Shown one piece after another: positions 1-10,095 of a stretch of 64,000 nucleotides of DNA. The stretch comes from Gammaproteobacteria bacterium (GTDB taxonomy: Bacteria > Pseudomonadota > Gammaproteobacteria > JBCCGL01). The notes under the pieces were generated by a model that did not search any database, was not told where the DNA came from, and was given only the letters and a program-made list of their open reading frames with translations. The translations under genes were made by a program, and so were the position numbers. The stretch is taken from assembly GCA_965277715.1 (NCBI GenBank), contig OZ255836.1, forward strand, positions 3,296,001 to 3,360,000, given 5' to 3'. The first letter of the stretch is position 1; each line of letters begins with the position of its first letter.

Positions 1-182
1 CCCGTTGGGCCATGCACGGTGGCCAGTAATGCCAAGGCAGCAATCGCCAAAAAACACAAACGCTGCACCATGCACAAGGGGCAGGGGTCGAGAAACTCGA
101 CATATTGCAGGTAGTAACCGTAACCCAGCAACGCCGCACAGGCGAGGAACTGGCCGAGAAACAAGCCTCTGACAATTGACAT
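1..182 (-). CDS. dsbB: Disulfide bond formation protein DsbB (5' part; runs off window start)
   Basis: Manual translation from ATG at 182: MSIVRGLFLGQFLACAALLGYGYYLQYVEFLDPCPLCMVQR, carrying the DsbB PCPLCxxQR motif. Confidence 0.9.
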   Translation of the reverse strand, partial: MSIVRGLFLGQFLACAALLGYGYYLQYVEFLDPCPLCMVQRLCFLAIAALALLATVHGPT

Positions 183-276
183 GCTTTGCGCTCTCAAACT
201 TAATTGGCGTAAGTATACCTGCACTATTCCATTACACGGATACGTCTGTATCGTGCTAAACAGTCGGCTCTATGGT

Positions 277-1083
277 TTATTCAGAATCAGGATCAATGCC
301 CGCTTTTTTCAGCAGGGCGCGTAACCGCGCTTTTTCCTGGAGCGCAGCTTCTTTCTGCCTGCGTTCGTCGTTCATCGCCTTAACCGCTTCGCTTAGTGAA
401 CGCTGCCGGGACTTTTCCTCCCGAAGAATATTCTGCCGGGCCTGGTAAAGGTGGTAATCCTGCTCTTTCTCTGAAAATCGTTTCAATATGGCCATCGCCT
501 GCCTCATTTCTTCGGTATCAAGTTCTGTGGGAAGGGCTTCCCACTTGTCTGCATCTCTGAAAAAATACATCCATTGGTCTTTTGCTTCAAGGTTGTGGTG
601 CCGTCGCCACTTTTCCAGTTCCAGTACATGGATAGCGCAGTGGGGTGAAAGCACACGCTGCTGTTCAAGATCCGCCATTTGAAAGCGGTGGTGATAACAG
701 TCACTGTCCCTGAATAGATTTTCACCCAATAGCCAGATGGATATCGAGGGTTGCAGCTTGTGATAGTCCTGCCCACTTTGAATCTGTGCACCGTAAATAT
801 CACTCCAACAGTAAAGCATTCGCTCCGGTAGATAGGGGAATATATTTAATTGTAGCTCCACTTGGTAGGTGTTATTAGCCGCATCACGGGCTTTTATATC
901 GACTATGGTGAGTTTGTCTGAAAGGTATTCTTTTTCGTTGTAAGGATTGAGGATTTCAACGTCTGTGATGGGATTCTCAGGCGTGAGGACACCATTGAGA
1001 AAGTGAATCAGCAGTGGGGTATTTTCCGGTGCGCCCAGTATAGCTTTAAAGACACAATCAATTTTTGGATCAATGGGTTGCAT
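277..1083 (-). CDS. Rpn family recombination-promoting nuclease/putative transposase (PD-(D/E)XK), copy 1
   Basis: DPKIDCVFKAIL N-terminus, IVDIKARD...VELQ nuclease motif, charged coiled-coil C-terminus. Confidence 0.85.
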   Translation of the reverse strand: MQPIDPKIDCVFKAILGAPENTPLLIHFLNGVLTPENPITDVEILNPYNEKEYLSDKLTIVDIKARDAANNTYQVELQLNIFPYLPERMLYCWSDIYGAQIQSGQDYHKLQPSISIWLLGENLFRDSDCYHHRFQMADLEQQRVLSPHCAIHVLELEKWRRHHNLEAKDQWMYFFRDADKWEALPTELDTEEMRQAMAILKRFSEKEQDYHLYQARQNILREEKSRQRSLSEAVKAMNDERRQKEAALQEKARLRALLKKAGIDPDSE

Positions 1084-1159
1084 GGTGTGTTTGTTGGCAG
1101 CACTGAGTGGCTATAACTAACGCCAGTCTACCACTTTCGTTGGTGTAAGCCATCATCGA

Positions 1160-1500
1160 GGATAAAGCATTGCTTGTACGACGCTGTTGGTCTTTGAGCA
1201 TCGCCATCAGGTGGTCAACACGCACCAGGTCGGTGTCGACATCACCCAGAAAGTGCAGGTATTCCATTTCCAGTAGCGTGTCTGTGCCATCGGCACCGAT
1301 GATGCTCAGCGTTTCATCCGTGACGGCAAATTGGTAGTCTGTGTAACGCCCTGAGAACACCGCTGTGTCATCGCCTGCGCCGCCCACCATAGGTCATCAC
1401 CGGCTTCGCCGTAGAGGACATCATCGCCTTCACCGCCGAGCAGGGCGTCATCACCGCGCACGCAGCAGGCTGTCGTCACCGCCACCCCCAGATCAGTTAT
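1160..1500 (-). pseudogene. Frameshifted RTX/hemolysin-type Ca-binding repeat gene remnant
   Basis: Nonapeptide repeats GGEGDDVLY, GEAGDDL, GGAGDDTAV and the FSGRYTDY..GTDTLLEMEYLHF tail are split across different frames; boundaries approximate. Confidence 0.7.
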
Positions 1501-1635
1501 CGCTTTCTTCCTCTTGGCCAGCTTGCTTTTACTGGCTAAAACGGGGATCAAGCTTACCTTAATTATTATTTATCGTTCAATGTATCAAGAGCAACTTCAT
1601 ATTTTGCTTGCTGAGCTAATCTGTCACTCAATAAC

Positions 1636-2463
1636 CTATTCAAGGTCAGGATCAATGCCCGCCTTTTTCAACAAAGCGTATAGCCGCTCTTTTTCTTGAA
1701 GTGCGGCTTCTTTCTGCCTGCGTTCCTCCTCTTTCTGCCTGCGTTCGTCGTTCATCGCCTTAACCGCCTCACTTAGTGAACGCTGCCGGGATTTTTCCTC
1801 CCGAAGAATATTCTGTCGGGCCTGGTAAAGGTGGTAATCCTGCTCTTTCTCTGAAAATCGTTTCAATATGGCCATCGCCTGCCTCATTTCTTCGGTATCA
1901 AGTTCTGTGGGAAGTACTTCCCACTTGTCTGCATCCTTAAAAAAATACATCCATTGGTCTTTCGCTTCAAGGTTGTGGTGCCGTCGCCACTTTTCCAGTT
2001 CCAGTACATGGATAGCGCAGTGGGGTGAAAGCACACGCTGCTGTTCAAGATCCGCCATTTGAAAGTGGTGGTGATAACAATCACTGTCCTTGAATAGATT
2101 TTCACCCAATAGCCAGATGGATATCGAGGGTTGCAGCTTGTGATAGTCCTGCCCACTTTGAATCTGCGCACCGTAAATATCACTCCAACAGTAAAGCATC
2201 CGTTCCGGTAGATAGGGGAATATATTTAATTGTAGCTCCACCTGGTAGGTGTTATTGGCCACATCACGGGCTTTTATATCGACTATGGTGAGTTTGTCTG
2301 AAAGGTATTCCTTTTCGTTGTAGGGGTTGAGAATTTCAACGTCTGTGATTGGACTCTCAGGGGTGAGTACACCATTGAGAAAGTGAATCAGCAGTGGGGT
2401 ATTTTCCGGTGCGCCCAGGATGGCTTTAAAGACACAATCAATTTTTGGGTCAATGAGAGGCAT
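1636..2463 (-). CDS. Rpn family recombination-promoting nuclease/putative transposase, copy 2
   Basis: Near-identical to 277-1083, with one extra 7-residue (EEERRQK) unit in the C-terminal coil. Confidence 0.85.
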   Translation of the reverse strand: MPLIDPKIDCVFKAILGAPENTPLLIHFLNGVLTPESPITDVEILNPYNEKEYLSDKLTIVDIKARDVANNTYQVELQLNIFPYLPERMLYCWSDIYGAQIQSGQDYHKLQPSISIWLLGENLFKDSDCYHHHFQMADLEQQRVLSPHCAIHVLELEKWRRHHNLEAKDQWMYFFKDADKWEVLPTELDTEEMRQAMAILKRFSEKEQDYHLYQARQNILREEKSRQRSLSEAVKAMNDERRQKEEERRQKEAALQEKERLYALLKKAGIDPDLE

Positions 2464-2660
2464 GGTGTATCTGTTGACGACACTACGTGGCTATGACAAA
2501 CGCCAGTCTACCACCTTCGCCAGTGTAAGCCATCACGGGAAGCCTGCCAGACTGAGGACGGCTCAACTGCGAAAAAGCCAAGTTGGCATTTATTCTATGT
2601 AATCGCAATCTGAACCACTATTGCATAGAATAAACGCCTGAAAAAAACGGGAATATCACA

Positions 2661-4946
2661 ATGTTTACACGTTACGCTGAATCACTGCTGCGCTATCGGT
2701 GGTTAATTATCCTGGCGACACTGGGCATCGCTATGGTGCTGGGCTACGGCGGTAAAAACCTGGTATTTACCAATGATTACCGGGTGTTTTTCAGCGAGGG
2801 CAACCCGCAGCTCGATGCGTTTGAAAATATTCAGGACACCTACACCAAAAGCGATAATGTGCTGATTATGCTGGAGCCAAAGGACGGCAATGTGTTCACC
2901 CCGCAAACCCTCGCCGCACTGGTCGATTTAACCGAACAGAGCTGGCAGATTCCCTACTCGACGCGGGTCGACTCGGTGAGCAATTTTCAATATACCTACG
3001 CCGATGAGGACAGCCTCACGGTCGAAAATCTGGTGGCTGAACCCACTCAGCTCAACCCGCAGGCACTGCAGGCGATTCGCGATATCGCCTTGGCTGAACC
3101 ACGTCTTGTCAACAAGCTGGTGTCACCCAGTGGTCATGTCACAGGGGTTAATATTACCGTGCAAATCCCCGGTATCGATGAAATTAGCGAGCTGCCGGAA
3201 GTCGTGCATTTCACCCGGGACTTAATTGGGAAAATGCAGGCCAAGTACCCGGATATCGGTTTTTACGATACCGGCGTGGTGATGATGAACCAGGCGTTTC
3301 CCGAGGCCACTCAGCTCGATTTTAAAACCCTGTACCCGATTATGTTTCTCCTGTTTATCGTCGGTCTATGGTTTTTTCTGCGCAGTATCACCGCGACATT
3401 TATCACGCTGTTGATCATCGTTTTATCGGTGATGATGGCCATGGGCAGCGCCGGTTGGCTGGGCATAAAGCTCACCCCGCCCTCTGCCAGCGCACCCATT
3501 GTAATCCTGACCTTAGCGGTGGCTGACTGCGTACATATGCTCATCACCCTGCTCCAGAATATGCGTGCCGGGAAAGCGAAGCGGGCGGCGATTATCGAAA
3601 GCCTGCGGATCAATTTTCACCCGGTGTTACTGACCTCGGTAACCACCACAATTGGTTTTCTCAGCATGAATTTTTCTGATGCCCCGCCCTTTCGCGATTT
3701 GGGCAATATCGTTGCGATGGGGGTGTTGTACGCCCTGCTGCTGTCAGTGATATTCCTGCCCGCCCTGGTGTCGGTGCTGCCGTTGCGTGTGAAAGTCGAT
3801 ACGCGTGAAACGGTGCGGGTTATGGACCGTGTCGCCGATTTTGTGATTGCCAAACGGCGGCCACTGTTTTGGTTGATGGGTGGGTTAATCGTCAGCTTTT
3901 CTGTATTAATTCCTAAAAATGAACTCAACGATGTGTTTGTCGAGTATTTTGCCACCTCGGTGCCGTTTCGCGCAAAAACCGACCACATTACCGAAAACCT
4001 TTCGGGTTTGTATTTTATTGATTACTCCCTCGACGCCAAACAATCCGGCGGCATCGGTAATCCAGCCTTTTTACAGCAGCTGGAAAAATTCGAGCGCTGG
4101 CTGCAACAGCAACCGGAAGTCGTGCACGTAGACAGCTTTGCTGAAGTCATGCGCCGCTTAAATAAAAACATGCACGGCGATAAAGCCGATTTTTACCGCC
4201 TACCTGAAGCGCGCAACCTGGCGGCGCAGTATTTACTGCTCTACGAAATATCCCTGCCCTATGGCCTGGATTTAAATAACCAGATCAATGTCGATAAATC
4301 GGCGACCCGTTTACAGGTGACGTTAAAAACCCTCTCAACAGTCGATACACTCGAATTTGAGCAGCGCGTGCTCAACTGGATGCGGGATAATACGCCGGAT
4401 ATTGCCACTTACGGCGCCAGCCCCACGCTGATGTTTTCGCATATCGGTATGCGCAATATTATCAGTATGCTGACAGGCACCAGCATCGCGCTGGTGCTTA
4501 TCTCTGCACTGCTGATTTTTGCCCTGCGCTCGCTTAAATTTGGCCTGCTGAGCCTGGTGCCAAATCTTGCTCCGGCGGGGGTTGCGTTTGGCCTGTGGGC
4601 GGTAACTGTCGGCCAGGTTGGGCTGGCGCTGTCTGTGATTGTCGCCATGACGCTGGGTATCGTGGTCGACGATACCATTCATTTTCTCAGTAAATATTTG
4701 CGCGCCCGACGGGAAAAGGGCCTGGATGCCGAGGCGGCAGTACGCTACGCTTTTTCGACCGTTGGCGTGGCGCTCGTGGTGACCACCCTGGTGTTGGCTG
4801 CCGGATTTATGGTGCTCGCCCAATCGACGTTTGAACTGAACGCGAGTATGGGCTTATTGACCGCCATTACCATCTGCCTGGCCATTGTCGTCGACTTTTT
4901 GTTTCTACCGCCTTTATTGCTGTTAGTTGAGGAAAAATCCAAATGA
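2661..4946 (+). CDS. MMPL/RND family transporter
   Basis: Two repeats of TM + large periplasmic loop + 5 TM; TLAVADCVH and GIVVDDTIH motifs. Confidence 0.9.
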   Translation: MFTRYAESLLRYRWLIILATLGIAMVLGYGGKNLVFTNDYRVFFSEGNPQLDAFENIQDTYTKSDNVLIMLEPKDGNVFTPQTLAALVDLTEQSWQIPYSTRVDSVSNFQYTYADEDSLTVENLVAEPTQLNPQALQAIRDIALAEPRLVNKLVSPSGHVTGVNITVQIPGIDEISELPEVVHFTRDLIGKMQAKYPDIGFYDTGVVMMNQAFPEATQLDFKTLYPIMFLLFIVGLWFFLRSITATFITLLIIVLSVMMAMGSAGWLGIKLTPPSASAPIVILTLAVADCVHMLITLLQNMRAGKAKRAAIIESLRINFHPVLLTSVTTTIGFLSMNFSDAPPFRDLGNIVAMGVLYALLLSVIFLPALVSVLPLRVKVDTRETVRVMDRVADFVIAKRRPLFWLMGGLIVSFSVLIPKNELNDVFVEYFATSVPFRAKTDHITENLSGLYFIDYSLDAKQSGGIGNPAFLQQLEKFERWLQQQPEVVHVDSFAEVMRRLNKNMHGDKADFYRLPEARNLAAQYLLLYEISLPYGLDLNNQINVDKSATRLQVTLKTLSTVDTLEFEQRVLNWMRDNTPDIATYGASPTLMFSHIGMRNIISMLTGTSIALVLISALLIFALRSLKFGLLSLVPNLAPAGVAFGLWAVTVGQVGLALSVIVAMTLGIVVDDTIHFLSKYLRARREKGLDAEAAVRYAFSTVGVALVVTTLVLAAGFMVLAQSTFELNASMGLLTAITICLAIVVDFLFLPPLLLLVEEKSK

Positions 4947-5734
4947 ACATTAAAATAAGTCCAGTTTATTTACTGGCGATGGCGCTGTTGTGTCCGGCCG
5001 CTGGTGTGGCGCAAACCGCTGAAGAAAAGGGCCTGGCGATTGCCATCGAAGTGGATCGGCGCGATACTGGGTTTGGCGATAGCACGGCGGAAATGAATAT
5101 GCTGCTGCGCAACCGTAAAGGCGATACCTCAACCCGGCAGGTGCGGGTAAAAACCCTGGAAATAGCAGGTGATGGTGACAAGAGCATGTCGATCTTTGAT
5201 AAGCCCGGTGATGTAAAAGGCACGGCATTTTTAACCTGGTCACACAGCGTAAAGCCAGACGAACAATGGCTGTATCTGCCCGCACTCAAACGCGTTAAGC
5301 GCATTTCCTCAAAAAATAAATCCGGCCCGTTTATGGGGTCTGAATTTGCCTATGAGGATATCAGCTCGCAGGAGGTGGACAAATACACCTACAAATACCT
5401 GCGCGACGAAGACCTGGACGGTGTGCCCACATTGCTCATTGAGCAATACCCCAGCTATAAAAATTCGGGCTATACCCGCCAGCTTGTCTGGATAGAGCAG
5501 GCGCGCTATATCCCTTTGAAGACTGAATTTTACGACCGTAAAAATACCCTGTTAAAAACCCTGGTATTCGGTGATTACCAGCAATACCTGGGGAAATTCT
5601 GGCGGTCACACACTATGCAGATGAGCAATCATCAAAATGGCAAATCCACCCTGCTGAGTTGGGAGAATTACCAGTTCAACACCGGGTTGCGCGACAAGGA
5701 TTTCAACAAAAATGTACTCAAGCGTGCCAAGTAG
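4943..5734 (+). CDS. Outer-membrane lipoprotein-sorting (LolA-like, DUF1329-type) periplasmic protein
   Basis: Signal peptide; DEQWLYLPALKRVKRIS and FMGSEFAYED motifs; coupled to MMPL gene. Confidence 0.85.
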   Translation: MNIKISPVYLLAMALLCPAAGVAQTAEEKGLAIAIEVDRRDTGFGDSTAEMNMLLRNRKGDTSTRQVRVKTLEIAGDGDKSMSIFDKPGDVKGTAFLTWSHSVKPDEQWLYLPALKRVKRISSKNKSGPFMGSEFAYEDISSQEVDKYTYKYLRDEDLDGVPTLLIEQYPSYKNSGYTRQLVWIEQARYIPLKTEFYDRKNTLLKTLVFGDYQQYLGKFWRSHTMQMSNHQNGKSTLLSWENYQFNTGLRDKDFNKNVLKRAK

Positions 5735-6944
5735 CATTGCCAGGGTTTTATCCGCTGGTTTATTTGGTGCGGGGCTTATTGTCTTTCCCGCTTTTGTTGG
5801 TGCCGACTTTACTGAGAACCTGTCTGGTATGTTTGCGCTCGAATCGCGTCATTTTTTTGAGGCGCCCACGACTAATCGGCAACACAATGCCAACCTTTCC
5901 GGGTATGGGGAGTTTGAGTACTACCACGCGCTGGATGATGGCAAAAATAATTTTGTTATAACGCCTTTTTTTCGCCTGGATGAAAATGACAGCGAGAGAA
6001 CTCACGGTGATTTTCGTGAACTCGCCTGGCTCCATTATGCCGATAGCTTTGAACTGCGGGTGGGTATCAGCAAGGTCTTTTGGGGCGTTGCCGAATCGCG
6101 CCATCTGGTCGATATTATCAATCAGACAGACAGCATCGAAAATACCGATGGCGAGGATAAGCTTGGTCAGCCAATGGTGAATATCAGCTATCTGAGTGAC
6201 ACGGTGGGCACGTTTGATTTTTTTTTATTGCCGTATTTTCGCCAGCGCACTTTTGCGGGGATCAATGGCAGACCAGCACTGCCATTGCCTGTCGATACAG
6301 ATAACCCGGTGTATGAATCAGCGGATGAGGAAAAACATATCGACTTCGCTGTTCGCTGGAGCCACAGCATTGATATCTGGGATATTGGCCTCGCCTACTT
6401 TGACGGCACCGCACGGGAACCCCGCCTGGTTGCGGTTGCAGGACGGGTGAATAATGCGGCGGTATTGGTGCCGCATTACGACCAGATTGGGCAAATCAGC
6501 CTCGATGCGCAAGCGACCACCGAGGACTGGTTATGGAAAATTGAGGCCATTTACGTTGACACCCGCAGCCAGGCCAACTACGGGGCATCCGTCACTGGTT
6601 TTGAGTACACCTTTGTCGGTGTTTTTGATACGGCGGCTGATGTGGGTGTGATCGGTGAATACCTTTACGACCAGCGCGATGATACCCAAGTTTTTCAAAA
6701 TGACCTGCTGTTAGGTGTGCGCTGGGTGCTCAATGACGAAGCTTCCACCGAGCTATTGTTTGGGATTATTCAAGATCTGGAGGGGGGTGCGCGTAGCGTC
6801 AGCCTGGAGGCGGGTCGGCGCATTAGCGAACACGTCAAATTTTCTGCAGAATTGCGTTTAATCAATGATGCCGCAGAGGATGCCGTGCTGCGATTTGCTG
6901 AAAATGACAACTTGTTACAGCTTGAGCTGGGCTATTATTTTTAA
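5712..6944 (+). CDS. Putative outer-membrane beta-barrel protein
   Basis: Signal-like N-terminus, C-terminal ...LELGYYF beta signal, typical third gene of MMPL/LolA-like operons. Confidence 0.7.
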   Translation: MYSSVPSSIARVLSAGLFGAGLIVFPAFVGADFTENLSGMFALESRHFFEAPTTNRQHNANLSGYGEFEYYHALDDGKNNFVITPFFRLDENDSERTHGDFRELAWLHYADSFELRVGISKVFWGVAESRHLVDIINQTDSIENTDGEDKLGQPMVNISYLSDTVGTFDFFLLPYFRQRTFAGINGRPALPLPVDTDNPVYESADEEKHIDFAVRWSHSIDIWDIGLAYFDGTAREPRLVAVAGRVNNAAVLVPHYDQIGQISLDAQATTEDWLWKIEAIYVDTRSQANYGASVTGFEYTFVGVFDTAADVGVIGEYLYDQRDDTQVFQNDLLLGVRWVLNDEASTELLFGIIQDLEGGARSVSLEAGRRISEHVKFSAELRLINDAAEDAVLRFAENDNLLQLELGYYF

Positions 6945-7001
6945 TTTTATATTCGTGCCCAACTGGCCACTACTCACTATTTGTTTTGATTTATAAATAA
7001 T

Positions 7002-7610
7002 TTATTCGACATGCGTCAGCGCAAACAGCACCCCCTTCTCCACCCACACATCGACACGCAACCCCTGCACGGTGATATCGACGGGCTGCTCCCCTTCCTC
7101 AAGTGTGGGAATCTCACTGAATAGCGCCGGGTCGTAGCGGGTCTGGTACAGTGATTGGATTTCCCCACTCGATACATCCCGGACGCGCAGTTGTGCAGAT
7201 GTTACCCCCTGAATTGAGCAGTAGCGGCCACCCAATAATTGTTTGCCCGCACCCGCCAGTAAACCAGGCTCAGCGAGTGAGAAGTCGAGGAGTTGAAAAA
7301 ATGACCGGATACCGTTGATACTACCTGCCTGTACCTCCAGCGGTTTCATGTTTAAATGGTTGCTGGCGACTTCATCGGCAAGCGCATGATTGATATTGTT
7401 CAGGGACAAACGGCTGGCCAGAAAGTAACCGCACAATGCCGAGATCAATATCATCGCCGCTACACTGGCAATTGAAAAGCGCCTACCCACCGGGTGTTTG
7501 TTTTGCCGGGCAGATGCTGCTTGGCGCGCCAGTAACTGGTGCAGGCGGTCATCGCTTAACTGCACATTGTCCAGTTCAGACTTTATTGCCTCTTTCAGCT
7601 TTTTATTCAT
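7002..7610 (-). CDS. Putative transmembrane anti-sigma factor
   Basis: Short cytoplasmic N-terminus, one TM helix, periplasmic LLGGRYCSIQG segment; overlaps sigma gene stop. Confidence 0.7.
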   Translation of the reverse strand: MNKKLKEAIKSELDNVQLSDDRLHQLLARQAASARQNKHPVGRRFSIASVAAMILISALCGYFLASRLSLNNINHALADEVASNHLNMKPLEVQAGSINGIRSFFQLLDFSLAEPGLLAGAGKQLLGGRYCSIQGVTSAQLRVRDVSSGEIQSLYQTRYDPALFSEIPTLEEGEQPVDITVQGLRVDVWVEKGVLFALTHVE

Positions 7611-8113
7611 GCGCTGATCTCCCCAGCGGGCTGCTGGTAGGTTTGCCCATCAATGTCATTTTGTATTTTCTTGCGTATACGGTGAATTCTGGATAAAACA
7701 GTCCCACGTGGTATCGCCATAAAACGGGAAATTTCTGATGCACTGTACCCTTCAATCGCCCACAGGTAGAGTGTTTCTCTTTCTATCGGGTGTAGCGTGG
7801 CCATAATCTGATCGACCAGGCAGGTATCTATTACGATATTTTCCAGCGATCGGGTGTCAATATCCAATTGGCTGTGCTCATCCTGGTAACTCTCATGGTT
7901 GCGATAATGCGATTTTCTGACCCCATCGATATACCCGTTGCGTATTATTTGGCGGATGTAGTGCTTGTTACTATTGATCTCAGTATGCGTTGCGATGCCG
8001 CGCTTGAGAAATTTTTCCAGGGAGTCCTGCAATAAATCGTAAGCCTGATCTTCATCGCGCAGCAATGTATAACAATAACGGTACAACTGATTGAACTCGC
8101 TGGCGCTAAACAC
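7607..8113 (-). CDS. ECF RNA polymerase sigma factor
   Basis: Region 2 (LYRYC..AYDLLQD) and region 4 (EGYSASEIS..IPRGTVLSRIHR); likely GTG start at 8113 coupled to upstream stop. Confidence 0.9.
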   Translation of the reverse strand: MFSASEFNQLYRYCYTLLRDEDQAYDLLQDSLEKFLKRGIATHTEINSNKHYIRQIIRNGYIDGVRKSHYRNHESYQDEHSQLDIDTRSLENIVIDTCLVDQIMATLHPIERETLYLWAIEGYSASEISRFMAIPRGTVLSRIHRIRKKIQNDIDGQTYQQPAGEISA

Positions 8114-8897
8114 CGTCGGTAACCTGGTTGAATCCAGTAATGATGCCGTCATCAATAAACCGGGAGATGCATTTGTCCAGCTCGACATGATCATTACTGT
8201 GGCGGGCGAATAAATTGCTTAAAGCCATGCCGCCGTTGATATCAAATAATACGTCGAACAGGTCGGTAGTGAGCCTTTGCACACAAATGCGGTGTTCCTT
8301 TCTATAGACAATAAAACCGGCAGGCGCTTCGAGTGCAGGCACGTCGTGTGTGCCGATAGTTTGTGTGTTTGCTGTATAAATGGCATCCAGTGGGTACGGT
8401 GAGCGAATAAAATGTAAAGAGTAACTGCAATAAAAAATAATATCGCTACACAAGGGTTTTTGTATCAGCGAGGCCAATGTTTGATAATCGAAAAAACTAT
8501 CATCTTCGGCAAAATACGCATTGTGTCGGCACCACTCCAATACCGCTAAATCCGCCAGGTATTTAAAATCCTGTAAGTCAGTTTGTTGTTGTATCAAAAC
8601 ATCGATAAACGAGGGAAAGGCTTCCCCATAGCGATTTAAGTCACTGCACGATGATGCCTGCCGGGCAAAATAAGCCGATGCCATTTGCTGGAAATAATTT
8701 TCACCGACAATTTTTTTTATCACCGGGTAAATTTGCCGCAACGCCTCAATGTGAGCGCCGCGAATATTGTTTCTGTAAATTGCCATCTGGCGCACAGCAC
8801 TGAGCGCATGGGTGGGCGATAGGCAATCGGTAAAATCGCTGCCCTCACCCGTCGAAAAAAATGCATCGAGTAGCGATGATTGTAGTGTGGTCAACAT
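8106..8897 (-). CDS. DUF2063 (BufC/HvfC-like) MNIO partner protein
   Basis: IYRNN..L...YPV..KIVGE.YF..A..Y, DLNRYGEAF and YLADLAVLEW motifs. Confidence 0.85.
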   Translation of the reverse strand: MLTTLQSSLLDAFFSTGEGSDFTDCLSPTHALSAVRQMAIYRNNIRGAHIEALRQIYPVIKKIVGENYFQQMASAYFARQASSCSDLNRYGEAFPSFIDVLIQQQTDLQDFKYLADLAVLEWCRHNAYFAEDDSFFDYQTLASLIQKPLCSDIIFYCSYSLHFIRSPYPLDAIYTANTQTIGTHDVPALEAPAGFIVYRKEHRICVQRLTTDLFDVLFDINGGMALSNLFARHSNDHVELDKCISRFIDDGIITGFNQVTDGV

Positions 8898-8906
8898 AAT
8901 GTCTGA

Positions 8907-9746
8907 TCAACTATCCAGCACTGCCCTGGCTTTATCCACTTCAGCCAGCAGTGTCGCCAATGGTGGTATATCGTTATCCCATTCAATCAGCGTCGGCACG
9001 TTGGGCGCGCGCTGCATGAGCCGTTGGTAGAGTTGCCAAACGGCAGGCGCGACGGGGTTATTGTGCGCATCCAGCAGAAAATCCTCTTTTTCCTGAAAAC
9101 CGGCCAAATGCACTTCCCCAACCCGCGCAAGGGGTAGCTCATCGATAAATTTTTCACCATCGATACCGTGGTTGACCTGGTTGACGTAGATATTGTTCAC
9201 ATCGACCAGGAGCGCACAGTCGGCGCGCTCTGCCACCTCGAAAAAAAAGTCACGCTCATCGATCACACTGGCGGTGTAGTGTAAGTAGGCGGATACATTT
9301 TCCACCAGAATCTGTTGACCGAAAAAATCCTGCACCTGGCTGATTCTGTCGGCATAGTGCTGTAGGCACTGCTGTGTGTACGGCAGCGGTATTAAATCGT
9401 GGGTGTAACGGCCCTGTGCCGATGTGAAGCACAGATGGTCAGACACCCAATGGGCGTTTACCCGTTGTGCCAGGGCGGCGATTTTACCCAGATACCCGGT
9501 ATCCAGCGGGTCACTGCCGCCGAGTGACATACCCACACAATGCAAGGTGAGTGGGTATTGCCCGGCCACTTCGTCAAGCATGGCGCAATCCAGACCACCC
9601 GCCGCCAGGTGGTTATCCGCGAGTAACTCCAGCCAGGGCACGGTTGGTGGCTCGGTTAAAATCTCGCGCATATGCACTGCGCGCAGGCCGATACCCACAC
9701 CGGATATCGACCTGTTTACAGGCAGCGTCTGTGCTGCGATGGCCAC
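8907..9746 (-). CDS. DUF692 multinuclear non-heme iron oxidative enzyme (MNIO, BufB-like)
   Basis: GIGLR, HCVGMSLG, WVSDHLC, LVENVSAY, DVNNIYVN, EVHLAG, LIEWD motifs. Confidence 0.95.
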   Translation of the reverse strand: MAIAAQTLPVNRSISGVGIGLRAVHMREILTEPPTVPWLELLADNHLAAGGLDCAMLDEVAGQYPLTLHCVGMSLGGSDPLDTGYLGKIAALAQRVNAHWVSDHLCFTSAQGRYTHDLIPLPYTQQCLQHYADRISQVQDFFGQQILVENVSAYLHYTASVIDERDFFFEVAERADCALLVDVNNIYVNQVNHGIDGEKFIDELPLARVGEVHLAGFQEKEDFLLDAHNNPVAPAVWQLYQRLMQRAPNVPTLIEWDNDIPPLATLLAEVDKARAVLDS

Positions 9747-10036
9747 TAACTGGCGGCGGGTTTAACCGCTGCGACGATACCGCCGGAAATTTTAGTGCAA
9801 GTGCCTTCGGGCACATAAACCCATTCATTGGCTGAATTGCTTACCGTCGCCTGGCCCGCGCAGCCATGCTTGCCATCCAGTGCACCGCAGTCGTTCAGCC
9901 CCGCTTTGGCGATACCGGCACATTTCTCCCAGTTTTTGGGTGCACCGGGCACCGCGTGTGCATTGCTGGCGATAGCGACAGTGCCAAGGGCAACGATGCC
10001 CGCAAGAGTTGATTGTATTGTTTCACGCTTGTTCAT
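9746..10036 (-). CDS. DUF2282 bufferin-type (BufA1-like) RiPP precursor
   Basis: Signal peptide plus EKCAGIAKAGLNDC...HGCAGQAT...EWVYVPEGTCTKI with four Cys; immediately upstream of DUF692. Confidence 0.9.
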   Translation of the reverse strand: MNKRETIQSTLAGIVALGTVAIASNAHAVPGAPKNWEKCAGIAKAGLNDCGALDGKHGCAGQATVSNSANEWVYVPEGTCTKISGGIVAAVKPAAS

Positions 10037-10095
10037 TGTCTATTCCTCTTGGATACAGTGTGTGATTTTTAACAGTGTTTGTGGCCACATACTCC

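Noticed and set aside
277-2463. Diversity-generating retroelement interpretation of the near-identical gene pairs
   Set aside because: No reverse transcriptase in the window and differences are not adenine-specific
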